Positions 28,338 to 39,457 are shown, counted from the first letter of the stretch. The stretch is 64,000 bases of DNA from an uncultured virus (IMG/VR IMGVR_UViG_3300005521_000001) (IMGVR_UViG_3300005521_000001); one strand, 5' to 3'. Notes: a model not told the origin generated them from the sequence alone. Translations and numbers: made by a program.

Positions 28338-30095
28338 CTATTTTATTTGGCGTTTTAGCCAATTTGGGCATTCTTGTATATTGCCTCTAAACCAAGATGG
28401 TAATATCTGTCCATTATTGCGAGCAAAGCGTTGCCACCCACCGTCTAAGATAAATAAATCCCCTACATCATCAGGAGTCCTAACTACTCGCCCTGCGCCT
28501 TGAACAATGGATAGAGCGGTCTGTAATTGATACCACTTTTGACAAGGGGCATCACAAGTAAAACCTGCACCGCATAAATCACCACTATACTTACTCGGAG
28601 GCTGATACGGACATGACGGAGTATCTTCATGTTGTTTTCTCCACGACAGTTCATCTTGCATCATCCTCTCGGCAATAACTGCATCATTGGTAGGCAGGTA
28701 TGGAACTTTACATATTACAAGCCACTCCGCCAGTTTTCCTTTGAAGTCAAAGCCTTGAGACACATAGGTTGATATTAGAACTAAATCATCTTTGTCGTTA
28801 GTAAAAAATTCTTCTAACGCTGATTCTCTTGCTCTCGCATTTCCATCATGTGTTATAATCCTATCACCATGACCTCGCTCTGTCAATCCCTTGACTAACT
28901 CCTTTCTTATCGCATGGCTATGGGGAAGAATAACACCCCTCTTATGAGGAAATTTATTCATGATAGCATCTATTGCATTCACCTGTCTTGGTAAAGTGTG
29001 TTTTCTCTTAGCCCATGACATTGAACCACATGGGGCATAATACACATTGAAATTTTCTGGTGGAAATGGAGACTTTGTGATATTGATATACAGAGTTTTT
29101 TGAGAATCTAAACCCAAACCATGTAAGAAAGTGTCAATATCAAGTATTGTTGCCGATAAAAATATCCTTTTTCTCGCCACCATTTCTAAAATCTCTGACG
29201 CATAATCTCTAACCCTAATTGGTTTTAAACAAAGATAAGTTCCATACTTTGAGTTATCGAATGAAATATGCACATTGTTTGGTTTCAATAAAATATCAAA
29301 GGCAGTTTCAATTTTAGAAACTGCATCCCTTATCTTTTCGACCTCTTTCTCATTTACTGATAAGCCCAATTCATCTTCCGCTCCACTCAATACTTTTCGT
29401 GCCACTTTAATTCTATCAGTTATCTCAACCTTCCAGTCTTGGGGAGTGAAATGTGAAGGAAATTTTTCATTTGCACCAAATATCCTATGCCACTCTTTCT
29501 CCGATAATCGAACTTCCAGTAAATCATTCATGAAACTCTCCATATCATGCGCTTCATCAATAATAGCAAAATCCCGTTGGTCGAATTTTGTTCTTCCTTT
29601 TACTGCTCTAAACATATACGCAGGGTTGCTAAGAGTCAGGCGTGCATCCTCTGCCGCCCACCTTTGTTCGTAGTAAGGGCATGGTTCTTCCACATCACGC
29701 TTTGCATGGCGACATGAACCCGCTTTAGTCCAACAAGGGGCTGATTTAGCCGTTCCTGTTCGCACCCAACAAGGGAAATTATCTCTTCCTCTAACTTCTT
29801 CCAGTTTATGCCCGTAGTCGGCTTTGTATTGGTCTATTAGACCAAGTGAAGGAGTCATTAGATATGCTGATTGAAACTGATTCTGTATTGTCATGGCTAT
29901 GGCTGATTTGCCAATGCCCGTAGGGGCTTGAAGAACAATGTTATCAAAATCGTCGTTTTGTAAAGCCCAATACATTACGGAGAGGGCTTCGTTTTGATAT
30001 TTTCTTGGAGAGGGCATGGGGAAGTCAGGTTGTATCTCATCCCATTTATCAGGCAGTTTTGCCTTGCTTGGTATATTGATACGGACTACCGACAT
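28338..30095 (-). CDS. XPD/Rad3/DinG-family SF2 helicase
   Basis: Q motif PRKYQ, APTGIGKS, Fe-S cysteines (C..C..C..CPYY), DEAH, SAT, SQGFDF and QGAGRVVR. Confidence 0.92.
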   Translation of the reverse strand: MSVVRINIPSKAKLPDKWDEIQPDFPMPSPRKYQNEALSVMYWALQNDDFDNIVLQAPTGIGKSAIAMTIQNQFQSAYLMTPSLGLIDQYKADYGHKLEEVRGRDNFPCWVRTGTAKSAPCWTKAGSCRHAKRDVEEPCPYYEQRWAAEDARLTLSNPAYMFRAVKGRTKFDQRDFAIIDEAHDMESFMNDLLEVRLSEKEWHRIFGANEKFPSHFTPQDWKVEITDRIKVARKVLSGAEDELGLSVNEKEVEKIRDAVSKIETAFDILLKPNNVHISFDNSKYGTYLCLKPIRVRDYASEILEMVARKRIFLSATILDIDTFLHGLGLDSQKTLYINITKSPFPPENFNVYYAPCGSMSWAKRKHTLPRQVNAIDAIMNKFPHKRGVILPHSHAIRKELVKGLTERGHGDRIITHDGNARARESALEEFFTNDKDDLVLISTYVSQGFDFKGKLAEWLVICKVPYLPTNDAVIAERMMQDELSWRKQHEDTPSCPYQPPSKYSGDLCGAGFTCDAPCQKWYQLQTALSIVQGAGRVVRTPDDVGDLFILDGGWQRFARNNGQILPSWFRGNIQECPNWLKRQIK

Positions 30096-30120
30096 AATCT
30101 ATACTAAAATACCCACCTAT

Positions 30121-30366
30121 TTAATTTGTTAGTTTGTAGCATAGTCTTGCTACGACTCTATGGGTGCTTATTTTTCTTCCAGTTTCAGTAGTTATATTTG
30201 CATTTTCAATATCGGATTGAAGGTAAAGAACCTCTCTTAATTCTCTATCCGCATCCTCTGTTGCTACATCTTCCGCAGTAGTATTGATAATCCAATTTAA
30301 GTGGTCTTGCTTGTGTCCTACATATTCGTCGTATTCATATCTTACATCAACATCGTCTTGGTTCAT
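30121..30366 (-). CDS. hypothetical protein
   Basis: Promoter at 30399 and a short leader with GAGGGG before ATG 30366. Confidence 0.65.
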   Translation of the reverse strand: MNQDDVDVRYEYDEYVGHKQDHLNWIINTTAEDVATEDADRELREVLYLQSDIENANITTETGRKISTHRVVARLCYKLTN

Positions 30367-30424
30367 TTTTATTCCCCTCTGTTTAATCGTAGGGGTCACA
30401 CCTATATAAAGGTATCTTATATTG

Positions 30425-30739
30425 AAAGGTGCAGGGTGACTTACCTAAGTTTCAGTCGGGTTCACCCTGCGGGGTTTAATACTGATAGGCGCAATCATCC
30501 GACCCTGCCACCCTTCGGTGCTATCCTTTAACAAGTCGGGCTTCCGACAACATGGGCTTACTAACTGCCATGCGCCGAGTGAGGGAATTGGCTACCAACC
30601 ATTTCACCTACGCCATAGTTCTCTTCACTCCAACAACACCACGCCGGTGCGTCTGGCAACCCGCCTTGCGGCCAAGTAGGGATTTCTCCTACCTACGGGG
30701 AACTCTATCTTCTTCGGCGTCAGGTTGGTCGCCCGACAC
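30425..30739 (-). ncRNA. candidate structured ncRNA C (about 315 nt, GNRA tetraloops)
   Basis: Class I-like promoter at 30758 with no ATG. 5' stem 30731-30737/30535-30541, GAAA and GCAA tetraloop hairpins, and a 9-bp 3' stem 30462-30470/30431-30439. Confidence 0.65.
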
Positions 30740-30757
30740 AAATAGTCCTATCAGCCA

Positions 30758-30770
30758 CTACTATATAAAG
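30758..30770 (-). promoter_or_regulatory. class I-like promoter driving ncRNA C
   Basis: Minus strand CTTTATATAGTAG, the same variant as at 39706, which precedes a protein gene. Confidence 0.7.
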
Positions 30771-30863
30771 ATATTGTTAATATATTCAATTCTTTATAAA
30801 CTGTCGAAGGTTTTGATTTGATACCTTTGTTTCTTTTGGAGGTTATTGACCACGATAGCCCTA

Positions 30864-33800
30864 TCACGGCCAACCTGCAATTCCCTCACCTGTGTTGGTA
30901 TTCTCACCAATTGACATAGTTCCGCCTCCGGTGAAAGGATAATATAACTTATTTCCAAAGTGATGTGTTGAATACCATGATAACTCATTCGTAGTCCATC
31001 GTAAATCTATTTCGCCCGCATTATGGCCATGATGCCTTTGATAACGCAACTGTGGTGCGGTGTGTGTGAAGTCCTCATGCCCCGAACCTGTTTGAGCCGA
31101 TGAAGCCGGAGAGTAATTTTGACCATCGGCACTAACCATTGATGGAACAGACAACCAACGGACATTCACATCTCTTGCTACGATAGGAGAGGTTTGAGAT
31201 ATTTCACCCGATGGTATGAATACCTCCATAAAATGGCTTCTTTTCTCCGAATACATTGTATTTTTATTCGCCCCTCCATCCGGCCATGAAAGTGTTTGTT
31301 GCTCATAACCTTCTAATTGCGCTCTGGTGGGTGTTCCAGCCCATTGATAAGGCGGTGCGCCACCCGCCCTATGAGCGGAAGTAGCAAAGATTGGGTCGCC
31401 AATCATGATATTTGGAATAGTAAAACCAAGAACAATATGCAGTTCGTTTTTATCCGATATTGTTGAAGTCATGTGTTTATAGTTATACTTGTAGTCATTG
31501 ACCGAATTAAACAGTGCCATAAATTGTATTCCCGACCCTGCTACATAATTTAAAGACCAATCTTCCTTAGTTCTCCAAGATGTGATGAATGAATCACCAC
31601 TGTTATTTTCTATTATTGATGAAACATATGCTATATCATCACTGTCAATTACTGCGTCATAAAATGAAACCGCATCATATCCCATGTTTGCTCCAATAAT
31701 TAGTGTTTGATTTGCTACATCAAATGTGAATCGCCCCGATGGTGTTAGACCCTTAACCACTTTTCCAAGATTTGCATATACTGAATCGCTAACAAATTGT
31801 GGCCATGCGGTGGCGAAGTTAAACCCAGTTCCATAATTATAACTAACACCTTTAAAGAATACCACTGGTGTATCATCACCCTGTAAACACACCTTCGGTT
31901 TAGAGTTATCATATGTATGATGCCCCTTCTTCATGAGAAGCGTATTTGTGACTGTATCACCACTTGGCCTGTTAGATACAATTTGCCAAGTGCTTGAAAC
32001 CGTAAAACTACTACTATTGTGAACATAACCCGTTCCTGACGCCAATGTAGGCCATAATGTCTCCGTATTCAATTTTAAGGTGTATAAAATATGAGTTCCG
32101 GCGGGTATAGCAACATCATTATTTCTTTCAACCACTACACATGCCAAGTGCAACCTGTCTTTGGAGTCACAAACTAAACTTGGTTCTCTTAAATCCCAAT
32201 CGTTAGAACCACCGACCAAAACTGGCGTATGAACCGACCAATCCCAAGAATACACTAACTCCGGTTGGGTTGTGATTAAAGTTTTTGACGCATAAGTGTA
32301 ATACAAAACATGCTGACCGGATGGTAGTTTCACTTCAACAATCGCATGTATTGTTCCGTTGCTATCAGAAACAAATGCTGAACCTTGAGTGCTATAATCC
32401 GTTGGTGTAGCCCCTGCTATTATCTTCAAATGTGGTCCGACTTCATCTTTTCCATCGTGGACTTGATTATTAGTTTTAACTGCCTTCCTATTCCAAAATA
32501 AATCCGAATGAGCCGGTTTGGAATAATGAGTCCATACTGGTATATTGTCCGACCCTGTTAATCCGCTACGGTCTAAACTAAAAGTGTGAAGTGTTCCGTC
32601 TGGTGTTCTCAAAATACGCTGACCCATTCCTAAACCTGTAAGACCGGATGAAGTAAGAGAATTAATCGCCCCGACAGACGGACCTCCATCTTGAGAAGCC
32701 CTTTGTTTTGGTGTATAAGGTTGCATTGTTGTGTCGTCAAATCCACTTCCCCTTGCACTTACAATTCCTCCACTATCCCAAACTGGCCTTATTGAGTTAG
32801 ATAGGTGAACATCAACCGTTGATTGTAATTGTTCAGCAGTAGCAATGTAATCATGTTTGCTCATCCTATCCACTTGAGCGATTAATGCCGGAGAGTATTT
32901 CTCATTAGCAACATGCAATGCATCATAATCATTTCCTGTGTTAATCGGTATTGCACCTGCATGAAAATTCTCTGTTGGATGGTCCTTCCAAAATTCTGAA
33001 AATGTGGGTGCAAGAAGGTTCGCTCCACCACTGGCAATCGGTTTTCCTACTATTCTTTGTTGAGCGTTTAGTCTATGGTATTCTATTTCACCTTGAGACA
33101 TAGAAGTATCAATGTTCCAAAGGTTGGTTCTAAGATATGGTTGTGCTATGTATGGTGACATGACGCTTGTTCCACTCAAGCCCATTTGTTTTATTTTTCC
33201 AATCATCGGGTTATTTTCTAAATTATATCTATGTAAAGGTAAATGCAGTTCAAGGTCTAAACTATTTTTTGCCTTTGCTCTTGCCCTTACATTTACTTTC
33301 TCTGGTATTAGTAATTCCAATGGCATGTCATAACCGACACCTGCATTAACTTGCTTCCATAATCTATCAATTTTGTAAGGATGGTCTTTACTTATCATAC
33401 CATAATGAAGCGGTCCATGATGTGATACAACGCACATGCCTCCTTGATATTGATTTATATTACCACTCAATGAGTCTGTTATAGTATCGGCAACAAAATT
33501 ATTCCATAACCCCAAAGTCTGTGTTATTGTCACTGGCGGAGTTATACCAATTGAAGCGGGTTGGTCGGAGAAAAACTGTGAACCATCCGATGGTGTAGGG
33601 TCGTATAATCCGGTAGCAAAACTCCAACCCGCCCATCCGAGTTCTTGATATGGGTTTGCCGCTCCCCCATAATCAGCAAACCCTATCGTGGTTGTGTTGT
33701 AATGTGTTTGGAATAAATGATGCCAATTCAAAAGTAAATTTTCCCACTGACTGGATATATCCCATGTTTGGTATGTTTCTCCATTAGCCGGATTCATCAT

Positions 33801-36800
33801 TGAAAAATTAATAGTCGGTTGATAGAGTGGATAGCCACTAAATGGTCTTGTTAATTTAGCATCAACATACGCCATAAAATCAGCCGGTATGGGTTTATTT
33901 GAGAATAAGTTCGTCATTAGTGCAGGTATCAATGTATCATCTTCACGCCAAAGCATAAAATCTTCTAATTGTAAATGTGGTATTGATTTGGCAAAATTAG
34001 GAAAAGCCATTCGACACTCTGGATAAGAACCGTAAGTAATTGGTATTGCTTTTTGACCGCTCTCTTGAAACCAATATGATAATTGAGAACCCGACCACCA
34101 ACCAACATCTTTATTCCAATTTTGATAAACCAAACTTTTCTCTTTGGTAGCGTCAAAAACGGCAGGTTTTGAATCAAGTTCATATCTAAGTGTAGGCGAC
34201 CATGTTAAGGTTGTTGTTGTTTCTGTTAGTTCTTCGGGGTCATTTGTGAAAGTAAATGTTTTACTACCCTTAATTTCTCTTGCTTTTTTGTTATTAAATA
34301 ATAACACCAAACTGCGAGCCGATGTTCCACCAAGCATAGAAGTCCATGTTGGAACTGGTCCGAAGTTATCATATCCACCCAAGTATTGTAATCCACTATC
34401 TAAAATTGGAAGTGGCGGTCCTTTGCTTGTGTCTTCAAGTCCAAGAATCGGGTCAAAATGGGTTGTTAAGGTATCGGCGGGAATAGCAGGGTTTGTTCCT
34501 ATTATCGGTTTACATTGTCCATTATGATAATAATAACCCGCCGGACAACGCCCCTGTTGGGCTATATCAGGTTGTGGTGGATAGCCAATTATTGGAGAAG
34601 GATATTCGGTCTTCTCTGTTATGTAATCACGATGAATAGCCAATATCTTCATCCTTCCATCTTCCATTATTTGAAAATCACCTACATGGAAGGTCGGGTG
34701 AAGCATTGGGCTTTCAGCATCATTTAATGAGTGTCGTGGGTGCATCATGAAAGTTTTCAACTCGACTCCAAGATAGCGCATGGCTTCAATCTGTGGAAAT
34801 ACCCAATCATGAACTGACCAACAATCAGTGCCTTTATTCCTCATGCTCTCTGTTTGTGTAATAGGATAATTTGTGTTAGAGTGAAGTCCTTTTACTGAAT
34901 CAGCACCAAATAATTTTTCTAAATACCATTTATCTAAAATAGTGTCATGTTCTTTATTGGTATAGAACGGGTCAAGTGAAGGAGTGTATTTGAAAATTAA
35001 CATTTCTGGTCCATCTGGAACTTCAAGAGATTCTATTTTATTAACGGAACTTTCTTTCATTTGTCCTATTCCCCAAACTGTCGGGTTTAAATGAGCCATT
35101 TCTATAACATCAGTGGCGACAAATAACTCATCATTGAAAACATCAGCCGACCAATGGTGGCTAATTCCTCCTTGTTGGTAAAAGCCACCTGCCTCTATTG
35201 CCCCCGATAACAAAGGTATTTCAGCAAAGCCGGATGAAGCCAATGGCTTGAACGGTGTTAATTGAATTAAATTCCAATTTCTCGGCATAACACTTTTAGG
35301 ACATTCAACATCAAGTGGAGAACAAAGTTTTGCTGATTCGGTAGCATCCACATATATTCTTTCTAAGTCTGGATTAATTCTAAAAATTGCATGGTAAAGA
35401 TAACAACCTTCATCTTTCAAATTCAAATCAACATTAATTCGTGCCTCTGGATTATTTCTTTGGGTTGGTGTTCCTATTCTTTCGTTATTGTTATGACCTT
35501 CAATAGACAATCTTGCTCTTGGGGTTAGGCTGACTAACACATGGTAATCCACATTTGGTTTGTTGAATTTAAAAGTAGTAGTGGATGGATGACTACCACC
35601 TGCCTCAACATCAACCTGCTTATGATTTACCATAGCCGGTATCACTTGTATTTTAGTCGGTATCATATTTTTCATAAAATCCTGACTTGCACTTGTTGTT
35701 TTTTGATAATTTCCACCACTTAAAGAATTATTATCTCCTAAAATATAGCCAACGGGCAATACTGTATCTTCACCCGTATTTGTAGGAATAAGTATGTCAT
35801 CACCCAAAAATGGAACGGTTGAACCTGATATGTGTCGAGTGCATCTTCCAATTCTAAATTTGCTTGCATTGTCATTTCTTGCATCTTCCATGTTGTAATG
35901 TGTTGCACTTTGAAGAACATCTCTGTTGCCTGTTGTCATCATTACCTCACTTATTGGCTGAATATATTCTCCGTCAGTTCCATAGCGATAAATGCGGTCA
36001 GCATCAGTTCGATTATGATATGCAAGTCCATTTCTTCTAATAGCCAAGCCACTGTGAACTTGTATGTTAATACCTGCAAATGTGCCTTCATCAACCCCCG
36101 ACCATGTATTATTTACATTGTCAGGGTTGCCATCTTCCGACACCGACATAAAAGCAGTAGCAGTAAAAATTCCTTCATAACCCACTAATCCGCACGCATC
36201 AGTAAGTCCGATATTTCCCAAATCTGGTCTTCCGAGAGGTCGCCACCTTCTTTCACTTGAACTTAATACTGGATTTCCATTTGAACTAACAAAATCATTA
36301 GTTCCAATGTATTGTATTGTTTCGTTAAAAGGCATATCGGGAATTGGGTCAGCCGAATGAACGGCGTTTCCACCAAGCCCGTCAGGTTGTGATATTGTTT
36401 TGTAAGGAACAAGCGTAGCATCGGTATGTTGCCTAATAGGTTGATAGGATTGTAAGTTCAGTGACCAATGTTGGCTCATTGTGAATGAATCATCTCTTGC
36501 ACCTAACATTGGAGTTCCTAAAAAATCAGAAGCATTTATCACTGGTGCAGAGTTCAAAGATATGGCGTATTTCATATTATGATTATCACCATATGTAGCC
36601 CCCATACCATTGCTTGGTAGGCACATTTTAGTTTTATGAACCACTCCTGAACCAACATGAAGTGGACCATCTTGTGAAGCAGTATATCGCCCTGCATATA
36701 CATCATGTGCGGGCAATATCGTATCATTCCCACCCTGCAACACTTGTTCGTTATTTGTAATCGTGCTGAATCTATGCCAAGTGTGATTAGCAGGTCGCCC

Positions 36801-37307
36801 CCTACCACCAAGACCTGTTGTATATTGGTCGCCTTTGTCTGTGTTGTATCGCCCCGCCTTTGTATTAGTAAGAACAGTTCCAATTGGTTGAGTTCTATGT
36901 AAGGCAAACCTACCATTGACCGTGTGTAGCATCATTTGAGCATATTCCAAATCACCTGTTCCAAAATTCAACATTGGAGAACTTGTATTGACTGTTTGAC
37001 CCAAAGCCCATGTGTTTATTTCACTTGCTGAACCATCAATCCCTATCCATGAATATGATAGTGCATAACCATCAATTGTAGTGGGAGTTTGATTTCCCCA
37101 TCTTGTCACGGCTTTTGGTTTATCAACGGCATTTGCTAAATGGTCAGGCTTCCATTGTTCGTTATTCTCTTTCATAGGGTTGCCAGTTTTGCTTGCACTG
37201 GGATAACCGTCATTTGTAAGCGAGTCATCATCAGCCCAAACAAATGTTAAGGGAAGACCTGACCGTGTTCCGACTGGCGGTGTTAAATCAACATTTGTCA
37301 CGGCCAT
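30864..37307 (-). CDS. giant (2147 aa) putative virion protein with a beta-propeller-like C-terminal region
   Basis: Repeated blades (RTPDGTLH, SDSNGTIH, CDSKDRLH, IDSDDIAY, SDKNELH) and a class II promoter at 37329. Confidence 0.6.
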   Translation of the reverse strand: MAVTNVDLTPPVGTRSGLPLTFVWADDDSLTNDGYPSASKTGNPMKENNEQWKPDHLANAVDKPKAVTRWGNQTPTTIDGYALSYSWIGIDGSASEINTWALGQTVNTSSPMLNFGTGDLEYAQMMLHTVNGRFALHRTQPIGTVLTNTKAGRYNTDKGDQYTTGLGGRGRPANHTWHRFSTITNNEQVLQGGNDTILPAHDVYAGRYTASQDGPLHVGSGVVHKTKMCLPSNGMGATYGDNHNMKYAISLNSAPVINASDFLGTPMLGARDDSFTMSQHWSLNLQSYQPIRQHTDATLVPYKTISQPDGLGGNAVHSADPIPDMPFNETIQYIGTNDFVSSNGNPVLSSSERRWRPLGRPDLGNIGLTDACGLVGYEGIFTATAFMSVSEDGNPDNVNNTWSGVDEGTFAGINIQVHSGLAIRRNGLAYHNRTDADRIYRYGTDGEYIQPISEVMMTTGNRDVLQSATHYNMEDARNDNASKFRIGRCTRHISGSTVPFLGDDILIPTNTGEDTVLPVGYILGDNNSLSGGNYQKTTSASQDFMKNMIPTKIQVIPAMVNHKQVDVEAGGSHPSTTTFKFNKPNVDYHVLVSLTPRARLSIEGHNNNERIGTPTQRNNPEARINVDLNLKDEGCYLYHAIFRINPDLERIYVDATESAKLCSPLDVECPKSVMPRNWNLIQLTPFKPLASSGFAEIPLLSGAIEAGGFYQQGGISHHWSADVFNDELFVATDVIEMAHLNPTVWGIGQMKESSVNKIESLEVPDGPEMLIFKYTPSLDPFYTNKEHDTILDKWYLEKLFGADSVKGLHSNTNYPITQTESMRNKGTDCWSVHDWVFPQIEAMRYLGVELKTFMMHPRHSLNDAESPMLHPTFHVGDFQIMEDGRMKILAIHRDYITEKTEYPSPIIGYPPQPDIAQQGRCPAGYYYHNGQCKPIIGTNPAIPADTLTTHFDPILGLEDTSKGPPLPILDSGLQYLGGYDNFGPVPTWTSMLGGTSARSLVLLFNNKKAREIKGSKTFTFTNDPEELTETTTTLTWSPTLRYELDSKPAVFDATKEKSLVYQNWNKDVGWWSGSQLSYWFQESGQKAIPITYGSYPECRMAFPNFAKSIPHLQLEDFMLWREDDTLIPALMTNLFSNKPIPADFMAYVDAKLTRPFSGYPLYQPTINFSMMNPANGETYQTWDISSQWENLLLNWHHLFQTHYNTTTIGFADYGGAANPYQELGWAGWSFATGLYDPTPSDGSQFFSDQPASIGITPPVTITQTLGLWNNFVADTITDSLSGNINQYQGGMCVVSHHGPLHYGMISKDHPYKIDRLWKQVNAGVGYDMPLELLIPEKVNVRARAKAKNSLDLELHLPLHRYNLENNPMIGKIKQMGLSGTSVMSPYIAQPYLRTNLWNIDTSMSQGEIEYHRLNAQQRIVGKPIASGGANLLAPTFSEFWKDHPTENFHAGAIPINTGNDYDALHVANEKYSPALIAQVDRMSKHDYIATAEQLQSTVDVHLSNSIRPVWDSGGIVSARGSGFDDTTMQPYTPKQRASQDGGPSVGAINSLTSSGLTGLGMGQRILRTPDGTLHTFSLDRSGLTGSDNIPVWTHYSKPAHSDLFWNRKAVKTNNQVHDGKDEVGPHLKIIAGATPTDYSTQGSAFVSDSNGTIHAIVEVKLPSGQHVLYYTYASKTLITTQPELVYSWDWSVHTPVLVGGSNDWDLREPSLVCDSKDRLHLACVVVERNNDVAIPAGTHILYTLKLNTETLWPTLASGTGYVHNSSSFTVSSTWQIVSNRPSGDTVTNTLLMKKGHHTYDNSKPKVCLQGDDTPVVFFKGVSYNYGTGFNFATAWPQFVSDSVYANLGKVVKGLTPSGRFTFDVANQTLIIGANMGYDAVSFYDAVIDSDDIAYVSSIIENNSGDSFITSWRTKEDWSLNYVAGSGIQFMALFNSVNDYKYNYKHMTSTISDKNELHIVLGFTIPNIMIGDPIFATSAHRAGGAPPYQWAGTPTRAQLEGYEQQTLSWPDGGANKNTMYSEKRSHFMEVFIPSGEISQTSPIVARDVNVRWLSVPSMVSADGQNYSPASSAQTGSGHEDFTHTAPQLRYQRHHGHNAGEIDLRWTTNELSWYSTHHFGNKLYYPFTGGGTMSIGENTNTGEGIAGWP

Positions 37308-37338
37308 TGTTCATCGGTAGCCATTAGTGGTTCTAAAC

Positions 37339-37773
37339 CTATTCGGTCATTTCTTTTTCTTTGTTTTTTCGCCATAATTTATATGATTTCCTTCTTGGTT
37401 TATCTTGATAGATAATTCCAGTATCGGCTTTTCTATAATATGTTGAAGGATTTCCATTTTCCCTCAATGCTTTTTGACACAATTCACAATAATGAATTGA
37501 ATCTTCGTTATGTGGCGGTATTCCTCTTATAGATTGTAAGCGTTTGACCATATTTTGAACCCTCTCATCTTTGTATTCCATAACGACACAACAAGGCTCA
37601 TCGTGGTATTCACACCTATGAATACAAACTTTTCCTGATAAATCCATTTCATCTTCCTTTAGTTCTCCTGTCAAAGGGTCATACTCATGGTCTAACTTAG
37701 CGTAGTGAGAACGGTCTTGTTTAACTTTCTTGGGCTTCTTTTCACCCTTTGGTTTGAATCTTTTTCTCGTCAT
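37339..37773 (-). CDS. basic Cys/His-rich hypothetical protein
   Basis: CIHRC..H..CC and H..H.CELC; coupled to the glycosyltransferase. Confidence 0.65.
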   Translation of the reverse strand: MTRKRFKPKGEKKPKKVKQDRSHYAKLDHEYDPLTGELKEDEMDLSGKVCIHRCEYHDEPCCVVMEYKDERVQNMVKRLQSIRGIPPHNEDSIHYCELCQKALRENGNPSTYYRKADTGIIYQDKPRRKSYKLWRKNKEKEMTE

Positions 37774-39044
37774 TGTTGAATCCCCGCATTATTACCATTG
37801 GGATGAGGTTTGGTTGATGCCGTCACCAATGCTTCTTCTAAACTTTCACACATCTCATCACCTTTCGTTTTTGTTCCTTTATGTTTCTTACTTGTCTCGG
37901 CAACATTTAACATAGTATCTTTCAATGAGTATTCATCAACCATGCCGTAAAGAATCTCATCTCTTCCTAAAACCTGTGTAGCAAGTGGAACTAATCTTAT
38001 TTCTTCATGCTTGGTTGATATGTTGGCATTTGGTGCAATAACTGGAAGACCACATGCCAATGCTTCTAATAATACATTTTCTTTACTAAAAGCACTACTG
38101 GCGGTGACAAAAGCATCAGCGATATTGTATAACTTATTAACATCAATAACCGATAACCCTTCCATCATGTTGCACGATTGGTCAGAAAAAGCGACATTTC
38201 TTGATAATCCCATTTGCTCAACCAATGATATGAGGTTAAATCCCCTACCATCGGTGTCTTGTGGGTTGCCCGAATGAATTATGAGTCCGTATTCTTTTCC
38301 TCCTTCTTCATAGACCAATTTTCTAAACGCTTCTAATAATCGTGGGTATTGTCTGTGATTCAAATTTCTTCCAATGCTCAAGAAAGTAAATTTCCAATCT
38401 GGTAATCCCATTGCATCTTTGACTTCCTGTATGTCAGTTTTCTTCATTTTACCAAAGCGTGTATCGGGTGTAAATGGAATTACCTGAACTGATTCACCCT
38501 CAATAGCGAATCTATCTAAAAATGGTGTTCTTTCTTCCTGTATGACCCCCGTTCCTTTGGAGTTATACTTCCATACCAAATCCATAAAACCTGTGTAAGC
38601 CGACTTAGTTTGAAAAACTGGTGTATGTATCATAGATAGTAGTTCAACCCATTTTCTTGATATTGGAAGTCCTCTATGTGATATGTAAGAAACTAATGGT
38701 AGTTTGAACTGGTTGCATGATTGAACCAACGGTGTCAAAGCCCAAATCGGCAAATCAGTATAAACAACATCTGGTTGAATCCTATTCAATTCCCTATCAA
38801 TGACATTAACCCCTTTTACCCCGTTTAACGGCGTTGCACCGAAGTTAGAGCCACCTGCGGTCATTATCCACCCTTCGGGGTGAAAGAAGTCCTCTCCTTG
38901 ATGATTAAAGGCCATTATGAAAACTTCATAACCTTTAGAGCATAGATGGCGGGCTAACCTTCTTGTTTGTAAAGCCGGAGAGGTTGTTAATAAAGGTGAT
39001 TCTGTTGCTAACAAAACCCTCATTGATGGTATAGCATCTGTCAT
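37770..39044 (-). CDS. GT-B fold glycosyltransferase (GT4-like)
   Basis: MRVLLATES, QPDVV, FLSIGRN, LYNIADAFV..ENVLLEALACGLPVIA. Start is 19 nt from the motif at 39063. Confidence 0.88.
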   Translation of the reverse strand: MTDAIPSMRVLLATESPLLTTSPALQTRRLARHLCSKGYEVFIMAFNHQGEDFFHPEGWIMTAGGSNFGATPLNGVKGVNVIDRELNRIQPDVVYTDLPIWALTPLVQSCNQFKLPLVSYISHRGLPISRKWVELLSMIHTPVFQTKSAYTGFMDLVWKYNSKGTGVIQEERTPFLDRFAIEGESVQVIPFTPDTRFGKMKKTDIQEVKDAMGLPDWKFTFLSIGRNLNHRQYPRLLEAFRKLVYEEGGKEYGLIIHSGNPQDTDGRGFNLISLVEQMGLSRNVAFSDQSCNMMEGLSVIDVNKLYNIADAFVTASSAFSKENVLLEALACGLPVIAPNANISTKHEEIRLVPLATQVLGRDEILYGMVDEYSLKDTMLNVAETSKKHKGTKTKGDEMCESLEEALVTASTKPHPNGNNAGIQQ

Positions 39045-39080
39045 ATTGGCGACTAATTCAGCCACCTATATAACAGTTAT

Positions 39081-39416
39081 TTATGGCTCTAAACCTTCTC
39101 TAACCATAGCAACAAACTCTTTTTGTTGGTCAAGTTTCGTAAAAGCCTTAGTCAAAAGTTCTTCACTCCATGCACCAAACTTTGCTTCGTATTCTCCTAT
39201 CAATGTGTATAACTCTTTACTCAATGATGCCCCTTTAATTGGACACTCGCCATGTGGATTATCTTCTGACTTCCATCCGGCCGCTCCGACGCTACATGAA
39301 AAATTTTCAGCCCACATTTGATGTGCAAGAATCAATCTTGCTATCTTTTCTTTTTCAGTTAATGTTTTACTGGACTTTTCTATCAATTGGCTTTGGGTCG
39401 GGGTTGTTCTGCTCAT
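39081..39416 (-). CDS. hypothetical protein
   Basis: Class I motif at 39434. Confidence 0.7.
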   Translation of the reverse strand: MSRTTPTQSQLIEKSSKTLTEKEKIARLILAHQMWAENFSCSVGAAGWKSEDNPHGECPIKGASLSKELYTLIGEYEAKFGAWSEELLTKAFTKLDQQKEFVAMVREGLEP

Positions 39417-39457
39417 GGTTAGCCATTAGGACTGTCCTATATAAAGATACCGCCTAT

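Noticed and set aside
17960..30739. Long ncRNAs as RNase P RNA, SRP RNA, tRNAs or self-splicing introns
   Set aside because: I could not find the RNase P GAGGAAAGUCC-type motif or a cloverleaf, and the blocks do not interrupt genes. This was checked by eye only and needs covariance-model confirmation.
30301..30988. ORFs 30301..30531, 30552..30821 and 30794..30988
   Set aside because: No promoter or coupling support; they overlap ncRNA C or neighbouring genes.
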